Assembly: GCF_964204645.1 (NCBI RefSeq) | Contig: NC_134030.1 | Span: forward strand, 18,932,210-18,996,209 | Reading direction: 5' to 3' | Source: Tubulanus polymorphus | Lineage: Eukaryota; Animalia; Nemertea | Length of the DNA stretch: 64,000 bases | In this document: in pieces, positions 1 through 12,500 of the stretch | How positions within the stretch are numbered: position 1 is the first letter of the stretch | Layout: every line of letters begins with the position of its first letter | Notes under the pieces: generated by a model | Database searches by the model: none | Seen by the model: the letters and a program-made list of their open reading frames with translations, nothing else | Told to the model about the DNA's origin: nothing | Program-made: the position numbers and the translations under genes

Positions 1-405
1 GGGATCACTTTCGAATATGGATAATTCTGATTAGAAGATATTATTTGACACGTCCTTTTTCATTTTTGAATGATAAATAACCTATTTTCATATTAATCTT
101 TTGAATTAATCTTTTTTTTATTAATTTAAAATGCTTGTAACGATTATGTTTTTTCTTTCTGTCACCCTTCCGCTATGTTTTTTTTTTCATTCGCGTTCCG
201 TGCAATTGAAAAAACAACAACTAGTTAATGTTGCCCTTTGTTGCCTTCACACAAAACACTTGAAATAGATTATTGGATTTGGTATCTGTTTTGTTAAAGA
301 CCTCACTTAAAGAGTTCACATATATTCTCATTTTTATTGCTGGTGCTCTAGTCCTGCCTTATTATTGTTCGTACTATTTTAATGATAACATCCTTTCTTT
401 TACAG

Positions 406-3400
406 TTTTGTCACCGTCGCTATTCAGATTTTTGGCTCGTTTTCGAATCGTCGAGATTTTTCCACGACGAATCATAGACTACTATGAAAAGTTGCTGGAC
501 CACGCGATCGAAGAACGAAAAGATGACCAAGACCAGGTATTTGCATACGTAATCGACCTGTGGCAAGTGAGGATCCACCAGGCGTCACTAGTGGGAAATA
601 GGACATGAACTACTGCAACGATAGAGTATTGCACTTGTTGCAACTAAGGATTCAACAAGCCTCCTAAAATACTAGCTGGCATTCTTCGGGTTTCGGGTTT
701 TTGATTCAACTAACATCTTCTGTAAGTCCTCAATTTAGTGGCAAAAAAAAATGATTCGTGTGTTTGTCTTTTTAGCCCCATGCTGATTTACTCCAGTTGA
801 TGGTTCAATCACATGTTAGCGATGACCAAGTCGACAGAGAAACTAACAACACGAAATGGTCGAGCATAGGTAAACAAAAAATAACTGCTTCTCAACCCAA
901 GATGACTGACGACCATTGATTTTCACTGTGAATACCCTAAAGAAAATTACGACACAGCCGAATATCCTAGCTTTTTACGCAATTGGAAAAAAATTAACAA
1001 ATTAACAAATTAAAGTTCCATTTCCTACGGTCAAAGCGAGTTTCCATCCCATAGTTTGCGACATACACAGGGTGCTGAATAATGTATTTGCGAATCAACG
1101 TTTAATATACCTACTGTAATTGTAAAATTCTCATACTTGTAATAATTGCAGTCAAGAAAACGATATCTCAATCTTTTAATCTCTCAATCTAAGTCAAGAT
1201 GATCGACAGATATTGAAATTGTCCGAACTCGATTTCATGCCTGCGACGTATAGATTTTCTGATTTTGAAGGTTTGTTACGCGATGAAATCTTGGCGCAGT
1301 CGTTTATATTCATCGTGGCCGGTTATGAGAACATATCGAATTACATGACGTACGTGGCGTATTGTTTGGCGCTGAATCCCGACGTTCAGGATCGACTCAT
1401 CGACGACATCCATCGAATTATCGGCAAACAGGTACTAGTTTCATGTTTACATCCGGGCCTCGGCATGAAACCCACATTACTGCGAAACAGGGACAAACTG
1501 ACTAAACTCACACCAAGACCATGCTACCATATTTCAGGCCACTCAAATAAATACCCTAGTTTCTCATCGGATTTAAAAAGGGTTGAAATAAATAGCTCAA
1601 CCGGAGTCTTATAGAAGAGACGCGGGAGGAGAGTTTTTTTTACCAATACCTTTTTAAAAAGACGATTGACGCATCGCGGATGCTGGCGAGTGCATTTAAC
1701 TTTCTTGAGAAACTAGTGTATTTCTTTTGCCCCATCATAGCTTTAACAGCCACGTAGCAACAGTATGAAATCTCCAGTATATTCACTTGCTAGAGCTTTA
1801 TACCGTCATATTCACTTGTCGGGCGGGGATTGAAACGAATATATTGCTGTATTAACTTACCAGAGCTGCCTTCATTTGGATATCAGCTAATCATACACAT
1901 GCCGATGAGCGATAGCCACCGACTCCAGGAAGACAGGTCGTAGCTTCGAACCCCGTACATTCCCGTAGTGTCACCGGGTAAGACATTTCCTCATTGCTTC
2001 TCTCACATAACCCAGGAAAAGATGGTTACCTAATCTGAAAGATGACCCCAGAGCGCCGAACCTGAGCAGCTGCTCGTTGCTTCTCCCCACGGAGAGATGA
2101 CTGATATCGGTTAGAGTTATGCTAGAGGCTGGGGGGTTATGATACGCAATGGATTTTAATGGAAGCAACATCGAACATTGTATCGCTGTGAAAAGGGGCG
2201 CTATAAAAATTAGATAACTATCATTATGCAAGGCTGTTTGCTCCGTTTCGGGTTAATTTCATACATACGATGTACATATTGCAGGTGCCCGATTACGACA
2301 ACGTGAGGAAGATTGAATATTTGGAAATGGTAATGAATGAATCAGCACGGATCCACACTCTCGCTGCTCGGTAAAAAACGATGCTTAATATGAGTCTTTT
2401 GACAAATATGTAGCGTTCGAAAATATTAGCCCGACCCGACTATTCGAGAACACCATCTCCTACAGCTGAAATAATATAGGTACGATACTTGTATCAATCT
2501 TCGTTGCAGATTAGACCGAGAAGTCAATGAAACGACTGAAATAGACGGAGTTCTTTTTAAGAAGGGCTGGTCAGTCAGTGTACCCGTTTACGCCATACAC
2601 ATGGACCCCGAAATCTGGCCCGACCCGGATAAATTTGACCCAGAAAGGTAATCCGTTCGCTAGAGAGTAATCGATGAGATACGACTAACAAAACACCGAA
2701 ATGGCCCCAGCTTCGTAAACTAGGTCACAAGGTACTTCCTTAGGATTCAATTCTTAAAATCCATGATGAAGTTATTTCCAGGGATTTGTATCTAACCAGT
2801 AATTTGAATTGGGTATCAAAGTTTCCCAAAAGAATAAATCCTTATCGGGTCCGGTTTTATAGACTGGATATGTTATTCAAATGAATAAATCATTAACCTG
2901 GGTCCGGATATCTATACTTGGCAACGAAACTTGGATACATATTTCACCGTGGCCAGGTTTTATAAACTAGCCATCAATATAATCCAAATTGATAAACCTG
3001 TACTCTCCAGCGGTTCCATACACTAGAGCTCTTCAAACCAATTCGTCAGTATAACATTTGAATCCGGGATATAATGAGCTTAATGTTAAGACTACAGATG
3101 TGTGCTTTGAAAACCTTCAGGTTTACCGCGGAGAACAGTCGGGACCGACACCCGTGCAGTTATATACCGTTCGGTATCGGACCTCGCCACTGCATTGCTC
3201 AAAGACTGTCGGTGTTTGAAGCTAAAGTTGCCCTAGTTTCCATCCTGCAAAATTTTAGATTTATCCCCTGCGAAGAGACACCGGTAAGTAGACAGTATTA
3301 ACCTTAATCTAGCCCCGTTATCTTAGCCCTCCCAGAAAATATAGCTGCCTCAAAAAACCTCTTCGTCACAATCTAATACCCCATGTAATAATACATGCCA

Positions 3401-3730
3401 TTACGTATGTATGTCATTCTGTATAAACACTCCAAGAAAAGGAGACTGCCTTGAAAAACCAACCTATGACATCATGATATTGCGTCGAATAATTTGATCC
3501 AAAGACAATACGGCAGATCATGATATCACAAACGCTTCAATGAAAATCATGGCTGCCTTCGTTACTCTCACTATGACAATAGTAAATGATTTGATCGCGC
3601 TATACTTAGGCCTTATCATTGTATAGTTTCGTATTTTCAATCGCAGATTCCGTTGGCGAAGGACCCACTTGGACGACCGAAAAAACCGGTCGTCCTGAGA
3701 CTGGAGCGAATTTCACGTGGCATAGAATGA
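406..3730 (+). CDS. Cytochrome P450 clan 3 (CYP3-like), copy 1; 5' exons lie upstream of the window
   Basis: GT-AG exons in continuous frame: 406-536, 776-869, 1271-1431, 2285-2370, 2510-2647, 3121-3283, 3647-3730 (TGA). Motifs: DLLQLM, I-helix EILAQSFIFIVAGYENISN, K-helix ESAR, DKFDPERF, heme loop PFGIGPRHCIAQR. Exon-for-exon paralog of 6577-15859. Confidence 0.93.
1900..2035 (+). mobile_element. Old tRNA-headed SINE remnant, shared with the paralogous intron at ~13960-14075
   Basis: B-box-like TTCGAACCCCG followed by GTCACCGGG.AAGA.A.TT.C..CATTG.TT...ACCC.G.AAAAGATGG.TACCT in both CYP3 intron 10 copies; resembles a Deu/Nin-type SINE body (inference). Confidence 0.45.
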
Positions 3731-6576
3731 AAAGACAACCCTGATTCGGAAACTAATCGAGTAATTTACATACAATTTGGCATAAATTTGCATGTATTAA
3801 ATTTTTCAAATCATACAACCTACAGCAAGTTTTGTTGGTAACGTTTTTTTTCTTTTTATTCTAGACTGTTTCGTTTGGATATCAAAATATCGCATTGAAT
3901 CAAATCTGCGTTATATATTCGAAATTCATTTATCACCGACGAGACTCCGTAGATGTCGAATGTCATCACCTACAGTGGCCGATAATGGCCATTCGGTTTA
4001 CCGTCGTAATAGAATATAAAATATAATTTTGATTAATAAATATCAATTTTATCATGTTGAATTTGATTTATGTCTGTGCCACTAGTCGGGCTATCCTTTA
4101 CCAAAAACATGCATAGAAACATGCTATCATCATGGATCGGCCGTGTTGTTTCTCCCAACCGAGTGGTGGTGGGTTCGAACCCGTGCTAATTGCCCACGGC
4201 ATATATCAGTATTCAAATTCTTTACATCCTAACGGGATAAAAAGGTTTCCTCCATATCAGCTTATGACATCACAAATCCTTCCCAGAAATGTAGCTTTGT
4301 TCATAAATCCCTTTAAGACGAGTACTATACACTCGAAAAGATGACCACCATCATGCTGTCACCATTGACGCCTATAGCTCACATGAAACATTTGTAGATT
4401 ACCGACGAAAGGGCCCAAAAGCACAAGTCAATTTCATGGCCTAACTGGAAATTGTCTCTCAATGGACAGTAAATTAGTTTGGAAAAGCAACTGGTCGTTG
4501 TACGAAGCCCACGCGGTAGCGTATTCTTGGTATGTCACATATGAAATCTTTTTAAACCACCATACTACCGTCATATGAAGTATAATAAGCATCGTTGTGC
4601 AAAGCACTTGAAACACCCATTAACCACTTGAAACTGTCAGATCAAACATCATACCGCATCCTCGCAAAGAGGGGTAGTTGAGCAAACCAGAGTTTTCATT
4701 GGCCTATCTAGACTAACCTCCCGCGTTCGGGTAGCCGAGCAAACCGGAAACCTCATAACGACCCGTGTTTCTGTAACCCTTGCAACGATTCTTTTTCACC
4801 AAGAGGGTCTCCGCCATTTTGTTCGCAGTTCGCGTTGACGAACACGGTATAGAGAAAAAATATGATATAAACGGTATCAGCGGGCCGAGACTAGAGAGTA
4901 ACCATAATGACTAATACATTGATAATTGCCACTAACTGATATGTAGGTTGTTATATTATTATCATTATGACAAGAGGCGGACTGGTTCTAGGAGAAAAAA
5001 AAGAACAGATATATATTTTCCCTTGCACCTACAGGACTCCAACCTGATATTGGGTTACGCGCGGGCCACCAGCCGTATACCCAATCCGTGATAATTTGGG
5101 AGGAGAAATATTTTATTTCAGTTTTCAACATTACGATTACTTTTTGTTTATGCATAGTAATAGGCTACTTTAATTGGCTTTGATCGACTCAGTGTTCTGG
5201 CTTTCGGTTCAAATTAATATAAATAGTTTTCTTCAGTCGAAATCAGATTTTGCGCACTGTTATAGTTTATGGAGCGTAGCGAGAAAACAACGAGGTCTAA
5301 GTCGAAAAACCGTCCTCAAGGGCATCGCACCGGTAGCCTAAATAGGTTTCTAACTTATTATCAAATCAAAGCTTTTGAAACGGCGATATTTTTTTCTTGA
5401 ACTCTTGTTTATCATCCTTAGCTGAGAAACCACCAAATTGACGGTATTTTTCCGACTCAAAATCATCGAAGTCGTCATCTAGTTTTTGTTAAGTACAGTT
5501 TAAAAAGTACATGGGCTCCGCGAAGGAATCGTTTTGAACGTGGAAGTAAAAATTAACGCGATATTCTGTAGTGTAGAGATACTACGCTACGAAAAGGAAA
5601 TCCCTTGTTACAGTGTTTGACCACGATTCATTGATAAAATATAATTAATCATTTTTGTTGTTAAATAATTGTTCTATTTCATGACGACGGGTCAGTCTAT
5701 TGATCGTGTAATCGGGGACGACAGTATGTCGCAACCGGTTTTTACTCGTAATCTGGGTCATCATATTAAACTGCCTTCTCTTTCGACACAGCGTCGTAGC
5801 TAGAAAGTAAAAAAGATATGATTACGATCTATTTCGACAGAAATCATTACGCTTTCGGCCGAAGTCCAGTCGCACCAACTGACATATAAAGGGCTATAGA
5901 TTGTACGTTGTAACTTCCGGAATGATATGATTTATAAGTCATGCATTTTGCGCGGATAACAGATAGGCCTACAGTCAAACTCGCATAAGTCTTTGCGTTG
6001 GATTAAAGAATCATGCACGGTAGGTTATGTAGTTGTATTTTCAAATCCCCGTTCACAGGGCACTGGACTCATCTGAGCTCGGCCAACTTCGCTCGTCTTA
6101 ATTATGTCGACGATGGGTTGATTAACGAAAATTGACCATGCCACTAGTCAAATGCATTTTTCGATGAGTATTTAACACAAAGTAAATTCAACAAGGTTAG
6201 GGGCCTTCTGGTGCATTCGTTACCCAGTTGCGCAGTCGTAAATAAATAAGCTTGAGCCCAGATTAGAAGATTTTGGGTCTTTTAAATGTTAGATCGGCTA
6301 TGGAACTTAGATGGTCCTCGTTGACCAATCCAAAATCTAATTCACGTGCAACTGGTTCGAGATCATCACGGGTATATTTATAATTTAGTCGGGCTTCAGC
6401 GGAAGGCAAGCAAGCAATGGCGATTCAGGGGATCGGGATGATTCAAACTCATAATTGTTTCCAAGAAATCAATCTTACTATTTGATGTGTACATGTTGCT
6501 GAACACGATGCGTTCAATTATAATTCTAAATTCTAGATAGAAATATTGAACGCACTTGAGCCGATTGGATAGAACC

Positions 6577-9500
6577 ATGGATATGTTCGGATTGTTCACC
6601 GCGTCCGTTTGGCTGCCCGTAATTTCTGTTGTATTAGGATTGTTGCTCTACTATTACGGGTAAGTTTCGAATGCTACCTTTTTATTTTCTCTATTTCCTT
6701 CACCGCGGCGAATTTTTACATTATTAGAAATAAAGCCGGAAAAGTCGCTAAATACTTGTTCCTACATGGCGGTGAATTACCGAACCCATTGCCAAAATGT
6801 GCGATTGACCCGGGTTGTGCGCGTAATTTCACGGTCACTTCTTGATTAATTCCGAAATCATTGTAGTAATAGTTGACTCCCTCGATATAAGGATCCGGTG
6901 GGGTGTTCAATTTGACTCTAGTTCTTGGATAAAATACATTTTCCGCTCTCCGCTAGGGGGGTGGCTGTTTATTGGGGCTGTAATCGCGTTGTATTCATTG
7001 TCAAATCGACGGGGTTTAACGCTAACGTTATCGCTGTCTTGACAAATACGGCCACCTAGATTCTTAATGCTTCAAATCTAGCTCAGAAAGGAGATCCCGA
7101 ACGCACACGGAAAATTCTCTTCAAATTCATAAAAAATGACTTTACATAAATGTTTCTATTTTCGCCTGATGAATGTTGGGCGTTTTCCCCACAGATGATG
7201 ATATTTCGACATACATGTATCAACAAAAGTCATCCGTACATATCGTAAAAATAAATTTATTACAAAAGATCACGAAATGCTTAATTATAAAAAAATCGCT
7301 AAACAATTTTGTTCTTGTGTACATTTTTTATAGTTGGGTCAAACTTCCGATTAACGAGTTCAAGCAATATGGAATCGAAACCGACACTGGTAAGTTACCT
7401 TTCATCGGTAACGGTTGGAAGTTATTCACTGAGGTAAGAATTAGTTATTCTAAACAGGATTATTGAGAAGTTAGTGTCACAAGTTTGGAAAGCTCTGGCC
7501 AAAATGCATGCGAGTATTTGTCCAAACGTTTTGCTTTCCATATCTGTATCTCATAGGCAAGTATCGATCTGCAGCCTTGAATAACAGTCGTAATGTAAAT
7601 GTAGTCTGATAATTGGATGATCCGTTTTCGAAAGTGTGCGGTTAAAGTGATCCAAAAGTGAAATCCGTGTTCGGTAGTATTCTCAATTGAGAATGTCACG
7701 AAGTGAAGTACTGCGCAAGGGTAGATCCATGAATTCAGCTTCGGCATGGCCATGCCCTTTTTCATTAGTTAGTTGAACGAGGATGCATATTTTTATTTCG
7801 TTTTTGTTTTGTGTAGGGGGTTATGAACCATGACAGAAGGTTGTACAATAAATTCAAGGACAATAAAATCTACGGGTAATTAGGCTATATGATCACACCC
7901 ATAATCACGAATAAAAAACTATTTCACTCAACTTCATCCTTAAAATCTATGTTCTTTTAACGGTTATTTCCTCTCGTTTAGCTCGGTGTTTAATGGCAAA
8001 CCAAATATAATGGTTTTAGATCTCGACCTGATTAAATCAGTCATCATAAAGCAGGCCGGAACTGTGTTTACTAATAAAACGGTAAGTATATGACATCGGG
8101 TTCAAATTCCAGCGAGGAATATGGCAGAATGTTACAATGTAATCAGGCTACTGTAGGAACGTGGTAGAGCCCCACGATGCCGTTTGATTCGAAGGTAGGA
8201 AGGAACATACGTAGCAGGGTCTCACGATGTTATCAGGCTCGATTCTCGCCAGGGAGGAACGTGGCAGAGCCCCGCGATGCCATCAGGTTTAATTCCCTTC
8301 GAGGGAGGCACGTGGAAGACTCGTGTACGATATCACCTGTTTCGATTCGCTATCCACTGTTACATTCCTGTTCAAACATTGATTTGGCCCGTTACAATTC
8401 TACATACTCTAGGCTTCGTTCGGCAGTACAAATAAGGTCACCGCTAAAATGATAACATTGTTAAGAGATGACCATTGGAAGCACGTTCGTTCGATGTTGA
8501 CCCCGGCTTTCAGCAGCGGAAAGATGCGAAAGGTAAGTTGGACTTGGATGGAGCTTTCTACGTGTTTGAAGGGTTAAGCACAAGATAACGCTACTGGGAG
8601 TCATTTTCCAATTGTGACGGTGCAACTGTGGCATATGCACATTTAACCCTTTCAGTGCGTCTACACCGTAGTGTGGCGTATAAATCGGTGATAGATTTTG
8701 CTAGTACACTGCACTTGATTTAATTAGTAATTAGTTTTTTTCTTTATTGAAAGATGGCGGCACCTGTTAAACATAGTGAAATATTAGTAACTAACGATAC
8801 ACCGCGCCGCGGTGTAGACGCACTTTAGTGGTATTCCCGTTATTCAGCACTCTAGGTTGAGATTTTTCAAAATTTTCAAATTAAGTCAGCACTATAGGGT
8901 ATTAATTAGTCAATACTGAAAGGGTTAATGATATAGTGTTAGGTCAGTTTTACACTCCACACTCCGGATGATCAATCGAAGGAGCTACCGCGGCAATCGA
9001 TGAACCACAAGGTGGTATATAGTTTTAAGCAAGCTATTGTATTTTAATACATTTAAGATCAAAATCTCATCACCGAAAGGGCGCGAAAAAGGAAAATTTG
9101 AATATTATTCGGTTCTCAGGACTTTACAAAAAAGCAGGATCTGAGGGTCTTACCAAATACTTTCGTGGAAAATTGATTTAGAAAATCGTCATACTGGCAG
9201 AGTCATTTTGGTCTATTTCAAATGGCGTTTTTGAAATTGGTTTAAAAAAGCGACAACATTGAGTCTTAAAAAAGAATTCAAATGGATGTCGATAAATTAG
9301 AAATGATTGATGCCCTACGGGTGTCTCATAAGACCCCTGCATGAGCCCTTGGGCACTGAATTTTATCTTCCACGGATAATGTGGGAATGACGATGCGATT
9401 GTTGTAATCAGTTATCCAACGGGTTGCACAATTCTTTTCATGTTTCACATGGGAGTGATCAATTACAAAATCACCCAATAAAGTGGTGACGAATGAATGA

Positions 9501-12500
9501 AAGGGCGCCACGTTGTCGTTTGATGTCGTTTCAGATGAAAAGTCTAATCCAGGAAGGCGCTCGGAACCTGGTTGAAAATTTCAGCCGACACGAACAGGAA
9601 AATAAACCAGTGCAAATGAAAAAGTAAGAACAACACATTCGTAGGCGTCGTACGTTGTTCGCAAGCCTGTGTAGGAGACTTGCTGTACATACCAAATAAA
9701 TCAGGGGAATAAGAAACTTTGAGGGTATTCATTATTCTAATCGCTTATTGATTTCGACCACATGCATATACTGCCTAGTCATGTCAAATGGCACATTGCT
9801 ATAAGGCCTCTATTATAGGCTTAGGCAAAAAAAGATGCCTTGTTTCTCATCACACTTTTGTTTTTTACCATAACGAGGACGGGCGGTTTTTTATTTTTAT
9901 GTACTTTTTCTTTTTTTAAAGTAGAAATAAAAAAAGAACTGTTTGAATTTTTTTGGAGATGCGGGAGGTGTCTTTTTATTTTTATTATATCAATAAAAAT
10001 ATCCCTCTGACATATTTTCTTCAGATGCGGGAGGTAGTTTTTTATTTTTATCTAACTGGAAAATCACTGCTTAATCCTGAAAATGATTGGTGAATCCTGA
10101 AAATCCATTGCAACACCTCAACCGGCCAACGCATTTTCGAAAAGTTCCATCACTGTTGACTCTGGAGATACTTGTAAAATTGGCCAACGTAGTATTGGCT
10201 TCTTTTGGAATATTATTTGAACAGATAGCAACATCTTGGACGCTATTAGCACCACATTTTACCAAGAGAAATCACTTCGAAATAAGAATCACGCCAGAAA
10301 TCAAGCTCCACAGCGACCTTGGCATTTGACATTTAGGCCTACGGTAACCGACTCCGTTGATACGGGTTCGAGTCACCAGTGTGGTGCCGATGATATTTAT
10401 ACGATCAACTTTTCTCGATACGTTCATAGAGCAATAAAATGATAAAAAGATGACGATATGCGTATTATATCAATGCGGGCGGGTGGATTTTAATTTTTAT
10501 AAAAAGCAAATTTATTTTCGAGCTATGATGCGGGAGGGCGGACTTTATTTTTATCGCTAATTTGCCGATGATTTTTCCGATGCGGGCGGGATTTCAAAAT
10601 TTTTCGGCCTTACAGTTGAGCAAAAATATTTTTCAGAACGTTCACCTTTCTGGCGTCTTTCATTTCGATGTTTGTAACTGTGCATTTAGAACTGATGTAT
10701 GATAGCTATATTATTTTTTTTGAAATAGATTTGGAGTAATCTCTTTTTCAACTCGAATGTCGCCCCTATGAATTACAATTCGACGTATTTTTCGTTCTAT
10801 AGCGCATTCGGTTGTTTTTCGATGGATGTGACTGTCAGTACGATATTCGGTTTACAAGTGAATTCGTTGATCGATCCCGACCACCAGATCGTCACCAACA
10901 CCAAAACGTTGATGTCTAGTTTCAGGGGTATCCGGGTTTTCCTTCTGTGTAAGTTTAATTGACATGTTTAGATTTAAGTAATATCATAAAATGGCGGCTT
11001 TTTCAACCGCGAAAAATTAAAGATATGTGCTTGCAGTTGATAGCGTCATCCTCACTTGCCAGGGTGTAATTGCCCCCCCCCCCCGCCGAAACTCACGCAA
11101 AACTCAAGTCAATCTACCCTGACAAGTGAGGATGTGCGTAGTAGGACTAGTTTTGTCATGTGGTCTTTGCTAGGGATCAAAATGAACAGTTCGAATAATG
11201 ATAATTCTGATTTGAATATATTTTTGACATTTTTCATTTTCTGTTCTTGAAAATGTCTTTTTAATTACTCGAATAACGGATCCGTCGCCGAAAATTTCCT
11301 CCCACCAATTGCAAATAACGGTTTGAAAATAAACATTCTTATTTATCCACCATTAATGTTTCAAAATTATTTTTCTCACAATATTTGATCAGATTATTCA
11401 TAAAAAGTTAATTCTCTCTGCCCCGCCATTTGAACTCGAATTGAACACAATTTTCACACATTTTGATTTCCGCAGTCCTCCCCAAACTTTTTACTTGAAT
11501 ATTGAAAATAATCTATATTTAATTAGTCTTTTCACCCTTTTCATTAAAAGGATTGCAACAATAATGTATTTTTTTTCTGTCACCTTATCGTTATTCGATT
11601 TTAATTCGCGTACCATGCAATTGAAAAAATCATGGTTCATGTTGTCCTTTGTTGCCTTCACAACAGGGTCCAGTTCCACAGTTGTGAGTTAAGATTTGAC
11701 TCTGAGTTAACTCATTGAAAATGAACTAACTTTAACGCAGAGTTAACTCTAACTCACAACAGTGGAACTGGGTCCACGATTTTATATATCTTTCGGTCAA
11801 AGATCGTTCACTTAAAGAGTTCCTAATAAATACTCTTTTTATTTTGCTAGTGCACTAGTACCGCATTATTATTGTTCGTACTATCTTACCGAGCATCCTT
11901 TCTCTTACAGTTTTGTTACCGTCGCTATTCAGATTTTTGGCTCATTTTGGAATTGTCGAGATTTTTCCGCGACGAATCATAGACTATTATAAAAAGTTGC
12001 TGGACCACGCGATCGAGGAACGGAAAGATAATCAAGACCAGGTATTGCGTAATTTGCCGATCATTCCGAGATGCTACTGTTGTAATCGACCTGTGGCAAG
12101 TGAGGATCTAGCAGGTGTCACTAGTGGGAAGTAGGACATCTAGAGTATTCCACTTGTTGCAACTGAGGAATCATAGCAAAAAGAATTTCATTTGTGGTAA
12201 GTGAAGTTCCATCAGGTGTCACTAGGGTGCGTGCGGTAGTGTACCAACTACTGCGGAAATAGAGGGTTCCACTTTTGGCAAGTAAGACTCCGCAAGGTGT
12301 CACTATGTACCAGAACATAAAAATCTGCAGCAATAGAGGATTTTACTTGTAATAAGTGAAAGTCCGTGACGTGTCGCTAGAACATGTACTTCATGAACTT
12401 GTTCATCAATTTTCTTTTCATTTCAATCGTAATGGAATGACTTTTTCTTTTAATCGAAAACTTCAGAGTGAATCATGGAAAATCTATTTAAAGGGATGTT

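Noticed and set aside
273-608. ORF-track starts and stops for individual CYP exons
   Set aside because: They run into introns; the real boundaries are the GT-AG sites given in the gene models.
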